Assembly: GCA_965261005.1 (NCBI GenBank)
Contig: OZ253375.1
Location: 480,001-544,000, forward strand
Direction: 5' to 3'
Length of the DNA: 64,000 nucleotides
Source: Deinococcus sp.
Lineage (GTDB): Bacteria; Deinococcota; Deinococci; Deinococcales; Deinococcaceae
The position numbers and the translations under genes are program-made. This document shows positions 22,324-38,945 of the stretch, one piece after another (positions within the stretch are counted from its first letter, which is position 1; each line of letters begins with the position of its first letter). The notes beneath the pieces were generated by a model that did not search any database, was not told where the DNA came from, and saw nothing but the letters and a program-made list of their open reading frames with translations.

Positions 22324-23110
22324 ATTCGCTCAGCCTAAGCCTGTCGGCGGATGCGCCCAGTACCCGAGCGTGACAACATGCCTTTATGCAGGTCACGCTG
22401 ACGCCCATCCTGCGCGAGCTGCGCGCCCTGTATGACATCGGGGGCACGTGGCCGCGCTTTCGGGCCTACGTGGAGCTGTCGAGCGGCGGACCGGAACTGC
22501 TGCCTCTCGGCCAGTTCAGCCCGATGGGAAAGCGGCAGCCGGCTTACCTGGACGCCCTGCTGGCCTTGAACGCCGAGGGCCTGGCCCACGAAGCGGCGCG
22601 GGGGGCGGCGGTTCAGCTGCGCGTCGTGGACGCTCACCTTCGCTTGATGCTGATCGTGGTGGACGAGCCGCGCAACGGCTGGACCCAGCGCGACCTGACC
22701 GACACGACCTGGCGCTTTTCGGGCAATGAAATGAACGATTGGATAACGGTGCAGCTGTGGACCGACACGCCGCCGGAGGTCGAATACGTGCGCCGCGAAA
22801 CGCGGGCCAGCTTGTACCGGGCGGCACACCAACAGGTGTTGGGCCTGCCCCGCTCGCTCGGCGCCATGCTGGCCCAGGAAGGCCGCGCCGCCGCCTTCGC
22901 CGGAGAAAAGCCCCAGCTGGACGCCGAGGAGCTGGCCTACACCCGTGAGGTCATCGCGCCGCTGCTTGGCTCCACGCACTTCCCCACCTGCTTCGCCGCC
23001 CTGTACGGCGACGCGGCGGCAAGGCGGGTCGGCTACCCGCCGCTGGGGCTGTCGGAGCGGGCCGGCTTCGCGCTGGGCCTCGCGGAGGCGCCGAGGGAGG
23101 GCGGCCCCCT

Positions 23111-24907
<1,797 letters not shown>

Positions 24908-24940
24908 AGGGCGACCATAGCAAGTTCTCCGGGCTTTTCT

Positions 24941-25249
24941 CTAGGCTTCGGTCGAGGTCGCCTCGACGGCCGTGAAGGTCGTCTCGATCTCGTAGTGGTG
25001 CGGGGCGTTCCCCGGCACGTGGTAGCTGTCGCCGGGTTCGAGCGTCACGCGCTGGCCGCCCACCACCAGCGTCGCCCGCCCCGAGATAACGTAGCCGACC
25101 GTCTCGTAAGGGTGGCTGTGGTCGGCCTTTTCGCCCGAGGGCGCTTCCCCGTCCCACAAGCGCAGGGACAAGTTCTCGCCGCGCACCAACTGCACTTCGC
25201 CCTTGGCGCCGCGCGGCGCTTCCGCTTTGCCCATCTTGAAGTCGGTCAT
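24941..25249 (-). CDS. Cupin-domain protein (in frame with the upstream hydrolase, no intervening stop)
   Basis: 'HSHPYETVGYVISG', 'LEPGDSYHVPGNAPH'. Confidence 0.8.
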   Translation of the reverse strand: MTDFKMGKAEAPRGAKGEVQLVRGENLSLRLWDGEAPSGEKADHSHPYETVGYVISGRATLVVGGQRVTLEPGDSYHVPGNAPHHYEIETTFTAVEATSTEA

Positions 25250-26053
25250 GGGGGTTATCTGAGCAAGTGGATTCATGAGGGGCGTGGGAAGCGCCTTGCC
25301 CAATTCTTGCGCCTTCGGCGGGCGCAAGAAATCCAGAATCTTTTCCGCCGTGGGACCGGGGCTGGCGAAGTGAAAGGCGTGTGCGCCGGGCACCTTGGCC
25401 GAGCGCGCGTCGGGCAGCAGCGCGCACAGGGTCGTGATGGCCGATTCCGGAATCACCGGGTCGCGCGTACCGTCGAGGACCAGCGCCGGCACCCTCACCT
25501 CGCTCAGCTCGGGCAGCACCAGGTGACGGCTCTGGTCGGCGGCGACGCGCGCCATGCGGATCAGGCCGGCGCGCGCGTAGGCCGCCAGAATGCGCCACAG
25601 CAGGGCGGGCGGCTCCAGCGGCGCGTCGCGCAGCACGCGCAACACCTGCAAAGCGGGCACCGGGTTCTCGGGCACGCCGGTGGGCGCCAGCAGGACCGAG
25701 CGGCTGACCAGCTCGGGATAACGCGCCGCGAGGTCGATGGCGACCTCGCCGCCCAGCGAGTGGCCGACCACGGGAACGCCGCTCAGGCCGCCCCCGCGCA
25801 TCCAAGCGGCCAGGTGGTCGGTCAGGGCCTCGATGGTGACGACCTCGCCGGGCCGCCCCCCACTGCGCCCGTGGCCCGGCGGGTCGTAGGCCCAAACTTC
25901 GTAAAAGGGGGCCAGGCGACGGGCCAGCCGGTCGTACAAAAAGGCGGCGCAGCCCAGGCCCGGCACGATCACCAGGGGCGGCCCCGCGCCACGCACGCGG
26001 GCGTGGGTCAGGATGCCGCTCACCTCCATAAAGACCGACCGGACAGCTTTCAC
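24941..26053 (-). CDS. Alpha/beta hydrolase reading through into the cupin domain
   Basis: GTG overlaps the upstream TGA; 'IVPGLG', 'DPPGHG', 'GHSLGG', 'GTRD', 'GAH'. Confidence 0.7.
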   Translation of the reverse strand: MKAVRSVFMEVSGILTHARVRGAGPPLVIVPGLGCAAFLYDRLARRLAPFYEVWAYDPPGHGRSGGRPGEVVTIEALTDHLAAWMRGGGLSGVPVVGHSLGGEVAIDLAARYPELVSRSVLLAPTGVPENPVPALQVLRVLRDAPLEPPALLWRILAAYARAGLIRMARVAADQSRHLVLPELSEVRVPALVLDGTRDPVIPESAITTLCALLPDARSAKVPGAHAFHFASPGPTAEKILDFLRPPKAQELGKALPTPLMNPLAQITPMTDFKMGKAEAPRGAKGEVQLVRGENLSLRLWDGEAPSGEKADHSHPYETVGYVISGRATLVVGGQRVTLEPGDSYHVPGNAPHHYEIETTFTAVEATSTEA

Positions 26054-26787
26054 GCGGATTCGCCCAGCAAAAAGCGCAGCACCGCCGCGTTGAACTCTTC
26101 CGGTGCGTCCCACATGACGACGTGGCCGGCGCGCTCGATCAGCACATGTTCGGCCCGTGCAAGGCGGCGCGCCAGTTCCAAGCCCAGGGCGGGCGGCACG
26201 AACAAATCCCGCCCGCCCGAGATCACCAGGGTGGGGGCGTGCACGCCGGCCAGCAACGCCTGGGCGTCGTCGCGCAGCAGATCGCGGCTGGCGCGGTAGA
26301 TGGCCGCCGCGCCCGCGCGCAGGGCGTCGGTCGCCACGATGGGCACGAAGTCGAGCCGGCCGCGCGCCGCCACGCGCGGCAACCGGAGGGCCAGACGCCA
26401 CCACTCGCCGCGCAGCAAGCCGGTGGCCGCCACCAGCACCAGCTTGTTCACCCGCTCGGGGTGCGCGCCCGCGAGGTGCAAGCTGATGTGCCCGCCCATC
26501 GAGTGGCCCAGCACATGAACCGGCCCCAAGCCCGCCTGGTCCAGCCAAGCCGCGATCAAATCGGCGCTGCCCCGCAGCGGCAGGGGCGCCTGGTGCCGGG
26601 CGTGGCCGAAGCCGGCCAGTTCCAAGCGGTACACCGTGAAGTGCGGCTCCAGGGCGGGCAAGTTGCGGCGCCACCAGCGGCGCGAGCCGGACAAACCGTG
26701 AATCAGCAGCAGCGGTGGCCCCGCACCGCTCTTGGAGTACGTGATCTGCCCCGACCCCTGCGAAAAGACGTGGTAGGTCCGGCGCAT
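26050..26787 (-). CDS. Alpha/beta hydrolase
   Basis: 'LIHGLSGS', 'GHSMGG', 'GGRD', 'AGH'; TATGGT -10 lies 6 nt upstream. Confidence 0.9.
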   Translation of the reverse strand: MRRTYHVFSQGSGQITYSKSGAGPPLLLIHGLSGSRRWWRRNLPALEPHFTVYRLELAGFGHARHQAPLPLRGSADLIAAWLDQAGLGPVHVLGHSMGGHISLHLAGAHPERVNKLVLVAATGLLRGEWWRLALRLPRVAARGRLDFVPIVATDALRAGAAAIYRASRDLLRDDAQALLAGVHAPTLVISGGRDLFVPPALGLELARRLARAEHVLIERAGHVVMWDAPEEFNAAVLRFLLGESA

Positions 26788-26815
26788 CCGGCCACCATAC
26801 ACCGAATTTTCTTGT

Positions 26816-27388
26816 TTACCCGCCGGCCGTCATCGTTAAAAACAGCGCGTGCAGGCGCGAATCCCCGCTCAGCTCGGGATGGAAGGTGCTGGCGAGAAGG
26901 CGGCCGGAGCGCACCAGCACCGGCGCCCCTTCCCGCTCGGCCAGCACCTCCACGCCGGGGCTGACCTCCTCGATCACGGGCGCGCGAATGAAGACGGCGG
27001 GAAAAGGTTCGTCCAGACCCTCGACCGACAACGGCTCCTCGAAGGAGTCGCGCTGACGGCCGTAGGCGTTGCGCCGCACCCGCATGTCGAGCAGGCCCAG
27101 CGAGAATTGCTGCGGGGCGCCCGCGATCTCGCGCGCCAGCAGGATGGCCCCGGCGCAGGTGCCCCACACAGCGCCCCCGAAGTCGCGCAGGGGTTGATCG
27201 AGGCCGTATTCCAGCAAGAGCTGCGTCATGGTCGTGGACTCGCCCCCCGGCATGACCAAGCCGGCCAGACCTTCCAGGTCCCCCGGCAAACGCACCTCGC
27301 GCACGGGGGCGCCGAGCGACTGCAACGCCAGGCGATGCTCCCGGAAGGCGCCTTGCAGGGCCAAGACGCCGACAACAGCCCTGCTCAG
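26816..27388 (-). CDS. pdxT: PLP synthase glutaminase subunit (start uncertain)
   Basis: 'GVLALQGAF', 'PGGESTT', 'GTCAG', 'RNAYGRQ', 'FIRAP', 'FHPE'. Confidence 0.93.
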   Translation of the reverse strand: MSRAVVGVLALQGAFREHRLALQSLGAPVREVRLPGDLEGLAGLVMPGGESTTMTQLLLEYGLDQPLRDFGGAVWGTCAGAILLAREIAGAPQQFSLGLLDMRVRRNAYGRQRDSFEEPLSVEGLDEPFPAVFIRAPVIEEVSPGVEVLAEREGAPVLVRSGRLLASTFHPELSGDSRLHALFLTMTAGG

Positions 27389-27392
27389 CGCC

Positions 27393-28274
<882 letters not shown>

Positions 28275-28303
28275 GGGGACAGACTAGCGCGAAAGATGAA
28301 CCT

Positions 28304-28906
28304 TCAGCCGACCGGCCGCCGGCGCAGATCTGTTGGCACCGTGAGAAGCGGCAGCAGCAGCCCCACCAGCGGCCCAATCGAGAGGGCGTAGGCGAGCGTG
28401 CCGAGGCCCAGCGAGCCGCCCAGCAGCCAACCGACCGCCAGGACGCTCAGCTCGATCCCCGTGCGAATCAGCCCCACCGGGCGGCCGGTGCGGGCGACCA
28501 AACCGGTCATCAGGCCGTCGCGCGGACCGGGACCCAGGCGCGCGCCGATGTAGGCCCCGGTCGCGACCGCGTTGAGCAGAATGCCGCCGGCCAGCAGCGC
28601 GAGGCGCGCGGACAAGCTAGCAACGGGGGGCAGCAGCGTCAGCGCCGCGTCCACCGCGAGACCGACCAACAGCACGTTGCTGAGGGTGCCGACGCCGGGG
28701 CGCTGGCGCAACGGAATCCACAGCAGCAGCGCCAGCGCCCCCACCACGATCACGACCGTGCCCAAACTCCATCCCAAGTGGCGCGACAGCCCCTGGTGAA
28801 ACACGTCCCACGGGTCGAGGCCCAGGTTGGCGCGCACCATCAGGGCCAGCGAAACGCCGTAGAGGATCAGGCCAATCAAGAGCTGAACGAGCTGTCTGGG
28901 CATCAT
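28304..28906 (-). CDS. YczE/YitT-family membrane protein
   Basis: 'LGLDPWDVFHQG', 'PGVGT', 'LGPGPRDGLM', 'GWLLGG'. Confidence 0.85.
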   Translation of the reverse strand: MMPRQLVQLLIGLILYGVSLALMVRANLGLDPWDVFHQGLSRHLGWSLGTVVIVVGALALLLWIPLRQRPGVGTLSNVLLVGLAVDAALTLLPPVASLSARLALLAGGILLNAVATGAYIGARLGPGPRDGLMTGLVARTGRPVGLIRTGIELSVLAVGWLLGGSLGLGTLAYALSIGPLVGLLLPLLTVPTDLRRRPVG

Positions 28907-29005
28907 GCGGTCCAGCATGGCGGAAAGTGGCCTCGTCGACCAGGTGCGGGCCGTACCCCAGCGGCCATCGTTATTACCCCCCTCCTGAGCGCCGACCCCG
29001 CGCCC

Positions 29006-30457
29006 CTACGGCAACAGCCCCATCGGGTCCACCGGCACGCCGGCCACCCGCACCTCGAAGTGCAGGTGGGGGCCGGTGCAGATGCCGGTGCAGCCCACAA
29101 AACCGATCAGCTGGCCGCGCTTCACGTGCGCGCCGGCAGGGACGGCGGCGCGGCTCATGTGGCCGTAGATCACGGTGGCGTTGCCGTCGCGCGTCCAGAC
29201 GTTCAGGCCGTAGTCGCCGTAGCCGCTCTGCGTGACCACGCCGTCCGTCGCCGCGAGAATGGGCGCACCATAGGGCGCCGCGAGGTCGATGCCGGTGTGG
29301 TAGACCTCGCGGTGAAAGGGAATGTCGCGCGCCCCGAAAGCGGAGGTCAGGCGAAAGCTGTGCATGGGCCAGCTGACGCTGCCGCCGTGGTAGGCGGCAC
29401 GGCTCAGCACGCCGCTGGCGGTGCGCAGGGGAGCGGCGTGCTGGGCGGCAATGGTCTGCTCGCGCTTGATCCTGGCCTGCCGCGCCTGAGCTTGCCGGAA
29501 CTGGGCTTGCCGGAACTGGGCTTGCCGGAGCTGGTCGGCCTCGTACCGCGCTTGGCGCTCGTACTTGGCGATCAGGGCTTGGCGCTGTGGGCTGCTCTTC
29601 CAGGCCAGCCACTTGTCGTACTTGGCTTGAAGCGCGTACCTGACCTGGAGCTGGCGCCGCTCCTTTTCCTTGACGAACGCCAGGTAGCGCGCGTACTGGT
29701 CCAGCTTTTTCTGCTGGATGGCTGCCATACGGGCGCGCTCGCGCTTGGCCCGCAGCTCGCTCAAGCGCCCCTCGGCCCGCACGCCGGGCAGCAGCAGCAG
29801 GTCGCCCGGCCGCGCCAAGTCGGGCAGACGCAAAGCGTTGGCGCGCGCCAGTTGGGCAGGACTCAGCCTATAGCGCGCGGCGACGCTCAGCAGGTCCTCG
29901 CCGGGCTTGACCTGTACGATCAGACCCCGCTCCCCCGTGGGCAGGCGCAGCACCTCGCCCGGCGCAAGACGGTCCAAACTTTGCAACTCCAAATTGGCGC
30001 CCACCAAGTCCAGCACCCCGAGGCCGTGGCGCGCCGCTACCTGGCTCAGGGTGTCGCCCACGCGCGCAGTGTAGTTGACCACGCCGGGGGGCAGCTTGGC
30101 AGGATGGGCCTTTGCCAGCGGCAGGCGCAGGACGGCGCCGGCGGGCTGGGGCCGGTCGGGGTCCATTTGGAGAACGCTCGCGGGCACGCCGTACTGGGCG
30201 GCCACGTCGCGCGCGCGCTCGCCGGCGCGCAGGGTGACCAGGATGGCGCCCGGCGGCGTGGGCCGGGGACGCAGCCGGATCACCACCGGCGCCTCTTGGA
30301 ACGGCCCCAGCCCGGGAAGCAGTTGACCCGCGAGGGCTTGGCAGACGGGCAAGTTCGCGCACGGCCGCGCCACGCCGGCGCCCGCCACGCTCAGCGCGAG
30401 CGCGAGGCCGCACAGCCCAAACCAGGCGGGCCGCCGAAGGAAGAAACTTGAGGGCAC
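29006..30457 (-). CDS. LysM-repeat M23 peptidoglycan endopeptidase
   Basis: LysM-like repeats, coiled coil, 'HTGID', 'YGH', 'TGPHLHFE'. Confidence 0.9.
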   Translation of the reverse strand: MPSSFFLRRPAWFGLCGLALALSVAGAGVARPCANLPVCQALAGQLLPGLGPFQEAPVVIRLRPRPTPPGAILVTLRAGERARDVAAQYGVPASVLQMDPDRPQPAGAVLRLPLAKAHPAKLPPGVVNYTARVGDTLSQVAARHGLGVLDLVGANLELQSLDRLAPGEVLRLPTGERGLIVQVKPGEDLLSVAARYRLSPAQLARANALRLPDLARPGDLLLLPGVRAEGRLSELRAKRERARMAAIQQKKLDQYARYLAFVKEKERRQLQVRYALQAKYDKWLAWKSSPQRQALIAKYERQARYEADQLRQAQFRQAQFRQAQARQARIKREQTIAAQHAAPLRTASGVLSRAAYHGGSVSWPMHSFRLTSAFGARDIPFHREVYHTGIDLAAPYGAPILAATDGVVTQSGYGDYGLNVWTRDGNATVIYGHMSRAAVPAGAHVKRGQLIGFVGCTGICTGPHLHFEVRVAGVPVDPMGLLP

Positions 30458-30594
30458 CGCGCTAGCATAAAAGCCGTTTTATGAAAAACTTATAAAACTC
30501 CGGTCAGCGGCGGGTCAGGGTGGGACGCTTCAAAATGGGAAACTTCTGTGGGGGCGCGGCAAAGCGGGCGGCCCCACGAAGATGAGGATCAGCC

Positions 30595-31917
<1,323 letters not shown>

Positions 31918-32101
31918 ATTTGGGGGTTCCTTGCGTTGTGGGTTTGACAAGCTCGATGGGTTTGATGATGCGGTCTTCGCGCCGCCGAACGGCTCGGACC
32001 TTAATTCAGCCGCCGTTGATGACAACTTTCAAGGCTGCACCGTTCCTCTGAGAGAAGGCTTCGGGTTTACTACGGCTGCGTTGCCCTTTAGCGTCCATTG
32101 T

Positions 32102-32130
32102 ACAATAAATCCGCCCGGCGCGGATGACAA
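32102..32130 (-). promoter_or_regulatory. Putative sigma-A promoter of rho
   Basis: TTGTCA-17 nt-TATTGT on the minus strand. Confidence 0.5.
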
Positions 32131-32142
32131 AAGCCACGGCAT

Positions 32143-32171
32143 TTGACGCCCGCGCGGCACTTCTCTAACAT
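32143..32171 (+). promoter_or_regulatory. Sigma-A promoter of the T-box/ileS unit
   Basis: TTGACG-17 nt-TAACAT. Confidence 0.7.
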
Positions 32172-32199
32172 GGGCGGTACGCGGCCCGAGGGCCGCAAC

Positions 32200-32460
32200 A
32201 AACAGAGGCGAACGGTTGGAGAGTAGGCGCGAAGTGCTGCGAAAGCGAGCCGGGGACGGTGTGAGCCTGGCCGTGGGCGCGCGCCGAAGATCACCAAGCG
32301 CGCCGGCCACAGAACAGAAGCGAGCGCTTCTCAGTAGAGCGGCCCGGAAGCTCCCCGGCAGCGAGCGCAGAAGAGGCCCGGCCCGCCGGGCGAAGTTGGG
32401 TGGTACCGCGCGCAGCAACCCTCGCGCCCCAGCACACGCTGGGGCGCTCTTGTTTTGGTT
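32200..32460 (+). ncRNA. T-box riboswitch (Ile, AUC specifier) with terminator
   Basis: AGTA and GGTG stem-I motifs, GAAG-ATC specifier (32290-32292), T-box GGGTGGTACCGCG (32398-32410), terminator stem 32424-32447 plus U-tract. Confidence 0.9.
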
Positions 32461-32483
32461 TTGGTTTTGGTAAGGAGTGGGGA

Positions 32484-35786
<3,303 letters not shown>

Positions 35787-35837
35787 GAATATGAATACTT
35801 TATAAACAATTTCAGAAGAATCCCTTAAGCTGTGGGC

Positions 35838-37154
35838 ATGGTGCCCGACGCCCCCACGCCCACCGACCCGCTCGTTCGCCGCACCATGACGCTGTCCATT
35901 TTGGAGGGCGTGCCCGCGATGGGCTTTATCGTCTGGACTTCGGGCAGCGTGCTGACCGGCTACGCCCTGTACCTGCACGCCACGCCGCTGCAACTCGGGC
36001 TGCTGGGCGGCGTGCCGCTGGCGGCACAGGCGCTCGCGCCGCTGAGCGCCTGGCTGGCCGGCCGCACCGGCGCACGGCGGGGCCTCGCGCTGGGGGCCGG
36101 CCTCATCGGGCGCTCGCTGTGGCTGCTGGCGCCGCTCGTTCTGTGGCTGCCGCCCGAGTGGCGCTTGTGGAGTTTGTTGGGATTGATGCTGCTCGCACAC
36201 GCCTTTTTGTCCGCCAACGGGACGTTGTGGTTCTCGTGGATGGGCGACGTGGTGCCCGACAAAGAGCGCGGACGTTACTTCGGGCTGCGCGGGGGCATTC
36301 TCGGGGTGGCCGGGCTGCTGGCGACCTTGGGCGGCGCCTTGGCGCTCGACCGGCTGCCGGCGCCCTTCAAGTTTCAAGTGCTGCTGTGGCTGGGAGTCGC
36401 CTGCGGCCTGATAGCGCTGGCGCTGCTGGCCCTGCACTGGGAGCCGCCGCAGCGCCCCGAGCGACTGAAGCTGGCCCAGACCCTGACCGCCCCGCTGGCC
36501 GACCGGAACTTCCGGCGCTTCATCGTCATGCAGGCGTACTGGGCACTGGCTTGGAATTTGGCCGCGCCCTTTATGCTGCCGTACTTCTACGGACAGCTCC
36601 ACCTCAAGTTCACGCAGGGGGCGGTCTACAGCGCGCTGGTCGCGCTGCTGGGCCTACTGCTGATGCCACAGTGGGGCCGCGTCGCGGACCGGGTGGGGCA
36701 CAAGCCGGTCTTCACCCTCGCGGCGGTGGGCGCGGGCACGGCGCTGCCCCTCATGTGGCTGCTGGCGACGCCCGGCCACGCCTGGGTGGTGTGGCTCTCG
36801 GCCGTTTTCGACGCGACCGCGACGGGGGCGGGCGGGGCGGCCTTGGCGAACTTGGCGCTCAGCGGGGCGCCGCGCGAGCGCCGCTCGGCCTACATCGCCG
36901 TGCTGGGCGTGGTCACCGGCCTGAGCGGCTTTGTGGCGAGCGTGCTGGGCGGCCAGATCGTGGGGTGGGTGAGCGGGCTGCACCTGCACCTGGGCGGGCT
37001 ACAGGTGACGGGCTATCACGCCGTCTTTTTGCTCGCCGCCTTGGCGCGCACCCAGGTGTGGCGCCTCACGGCCTCCTTCGAGGAGGTCGGCGCGTGGCGG
37101 GCGCGCGACCTGCTGAACGTGCGCTCGCTGCGGGCGCGCTTGGCCCGGCCCTGA
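35838..37154 (+). CDS. MFS transporter
   Basis: About 12 hydrophobic segments, 'WGRVADRVGHK' motif-A-like sequence, 'ERGRYFG'. Confidence 0.88.
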   Translation: MVPDAPTPTDPLVRRTMTLSILEGVPAMGFIVWTSGSVLTGYALYLHATPLQLGLLGGVPLAAQALAPLSAWLAGRTGARRGLALGAGLIGRSLWLLAPLVLWLPPEWRLWSLLGLMLLAHAFLSANGTLWFSWMGDVVPDKERGRYFGLRGGILGVAGLLATLGGALALDRLPAPFKFQVLLWLGVACGLIALALLALHWEPPQRPERLKLAQTLTAPLADRNFRRFIVMQAYWALAWNLAAPFMLPYFYGQLHLKFTQGAVYSALVALLGLLLMPQWGRVADRVGHKPVFTLAAVGAGTALPLMWLLATPGHAWVVWLSAVFDATATGAGGAALANLALSGAPRERRSAYIAVLGVVTGLSGFVASVLGGQIVGWVSGLHLHLGGLQVTGYHAVFLLAALARTQVWRLTASFEEVGAWRARDLLNVRSLRARLARP

Positions 37155-37263
37155 GAAAGACGCGAAAGAGGTAGCGCAGCTGCACGGCGCGGTAGGTGGG
37201 ACCGGCAAACGAACGTGGGCGCAGGCCCGCCAAAGCCTGCGCCAATTCGGCGGGGGGCAGCAT
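37066..37263 (-). pseudogene. Truncated RES-domain toxin remnant
   Basis: TGATG-coupled to the antitoxin; N-terminus '...FAGPTYRAV' resembles a RES start, then the frame runs into the antisense strand of the MFS gene. Confidence 0.55.
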
Positions 37264-37619
37264 CAGCCCGGAATGCCCTCGATGACGCTGTAGATCAGGC
37301 CCAGCACCTCTTCGGTGCGGCCCTCACGCATGGCCTCGACGGGCGAGCGGCCGAACAGGCCCTGGTTGGGGCGTTTGAGCCACATGCGCGTCCCCTCCAA
37401 GCTGCCCACCTGCTCGCGCACCAGAGCGATCACCTCCTCGACCTGCGCGAGGTCGCCTTGGTAGCGCTTGCCGTCCGGATACTTGCGCAGGTTGCTGGGG
37501 TCGCGGCCGATCATCTGGGCCACCTGTGCCGTACTTACGCCCAACAGATCGGCGAGCCTGACAGCGTCGAGTTCGCCGCGCTCGGTACGCGCTTCTTTGA
37601 CCACGGGTTGGGTCAACAT
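37263..37619 (-). CDS. Xre/MbcA/ParS-type antitoxin
   Basis: N-terminal HTH; C-terminal 'WLKRPNQGLFGRSPVE...V' pattern; GGAGG RBS. Confidence 0.85.
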   Translation of the reverse strand: MLTQPVVKEARTERGELDAVRLADLLGVSTAQVAQMIGRDPSNLRKYPDGKRYQGDLAQVEEVIALVREQVGSLEGTRMWLKRPNQGLFGRSPVEAMREGRTEEVLGLIYSVIEGIPG

Positions 37620-37659
37620 AACGTCCTCCTACCGAAAGTCTACCAGGAAACTACTCGAC

Positions 37660-38295
37660 TTATGGAGTTAAACTGGTAGTTTCAAACCAGCCGTGCGCTC
37701 CCCGCAGCCAGGGATGCACCGCAAACAGCTCGGCGCGCCCCATCCACAAATCGGCGACGACCAGGCGCGCGCCCGCCTCCAGCGACACGTCCAGCGCCGC
37801 CAGCAAGCGCCCCTTGTACGGCGGCTCGCCGGGGCGGTCCCACTCCAGCTTGTCGGCCACGAACAGCAGCTCGTCGAGGGGCGTGGGCCGGTCGCGCAGG
37901 GTGGTGTGGCAGCGGATGGCGTCCAGAATACCTTCGTCCTCCACGCCGAAGACTTCCTTCGCGATCACGGCGCTCAGCTTCTGGTGCAGCAGCATGGGCG
38001 CCCGCGCCTCCTCCGGCAGCACCGTGAGGCCGAGCGCCTCGCAGGCCCCAACCATCTCGGGGTAGGCGAAGACGCCCCCGATGTCGTGCAGCCAGGCGGC
38101 CGTCTCGGCCCGGACGGGGTCGAGGCCGAAGCGCCGGGCCAATTTCCCAGCCAGGGGCGCGACCCGGTGCAGGTGTTCGCGGGTGATTTCGCGGCCGTGC
38201 AACGCTTCCAGGGCGTCCACGTCACGGGCCAGGTCGCCCGTGCGCGTCCAGCCGGTCAGCTTGGCGGCGACGATGGGGGGAACGGACTGAATCAC
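37660..38295 (-). CDS. yqeK: HD-domain hydrolase, YqeK-like (Ap4A hydrolase)
   Basis: 'EH..RV', 'AAWLHD', 'LLHQKLS', 'AIRCHTT', 'LFVADKLE'. Confidence 0.8.
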   Translation of the reverse strand: MIQSVPPIVAAKLTGWTRTGDLARDVDALEALHGREITREHLHRVAPLAGKLARRFGLDPVRAETAAWLHDIGGVFAYPEMVGACEALGLTVLPEEARAPMLLHQKLSAVIAKEVFGVEDEGILDAIRCHTTLRDRPTPLDELLFVADKLEWDRPGEPPYKGRLLAALDVSLEAGARLVVADLWMGRAELFAVHPWLRGAHGWFETTSLTP

Positions 38296-38354
38296 GCCCC
38301 AGAATAGCCGCCTCGCCAGCCTCAAAAATATATTAAGAAGGTGGTGGAGGTCAC

Positions 38355-38864
38355 ATGAAGCGAATCCTGACGCTGGCCCTGGCCGGCATCCTGACGGCGT
38401 GCGGCGCGCATGACCCGCAACCGGGAACGCCGGACGACGCCCTTCCGTATCCGGGCGAACCGGGCACCGCGCCGCCCCCGTCATCCCCAGGTGGGCCGGA
38501 CATCGACATCAACGGCGCCTTTTTAGGGCGCGTGGCCGATCAGGGCCGGTCAGCTTTGCTCGACGTGACGGTTCAAGAAAAGGGCGACCGCGTGAACGCC
38601 ACCGTATACGTGCAGGACACCAAGGAAACCTTGCGGCTCAGCGGCACGCGCTCGCTCTCCAAAACGTCGCCGGTCACGGTGGACATCTCCAAGCGGACCA
38701 CCGACCCAGCCAGCTCCTGCCAAGGCAACTTCTCCGAGGAGTATCTCGTTCAGGCCATCTTCTACGACGCGGACCATGCCAACGGCTTCGTCAGGCGCGT
38801 GGGGTGCCTGGATGGCAAGGCGCAGGTCGTGGATGGCGGCAACCTGGAACTCGTCAGGAAGTGA
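38355..38864 (+). CDS. Hypothetical lipoprotein
   Basis: Lipobox MKRILTLALAGILTAC; GGAGG RBS; Pro-rich linker followed by a beta-rich domain. Confidence 0.85.
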   Translation: MKRILTLALAGILTACGAHDPQPGTPDDALPYPGEPGTAPPPSSPGGPDIDINGAFLGRVADQGRSALLDVTVQEKGDRVNATVYVQDTKETLRLSGTRSLSKTSPVTVDISKRTTDPASSCQGNFSEEYLVQAIFYDADHANGFVRRVGCLDGKAQVVDGGNLELVRK

Positions 38865-38945
38865 AACCGGCTGCGCTACTGGGTGGGCGGCGCAGAGCGT
38901 GAACGTCATTCTTGAAAGTGGACCTTTCTTGCGTAGACTACCCCA

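Noticed and set aside
32400..32483. Upstream in-frame extensions of ileS (also sbcD, gyrB, the binding protein and the PQQ-like protein) in the ORF track
   Set aside because: They run through the T-box terminator or promoters; RBS or -10 positions support the downstream starts.
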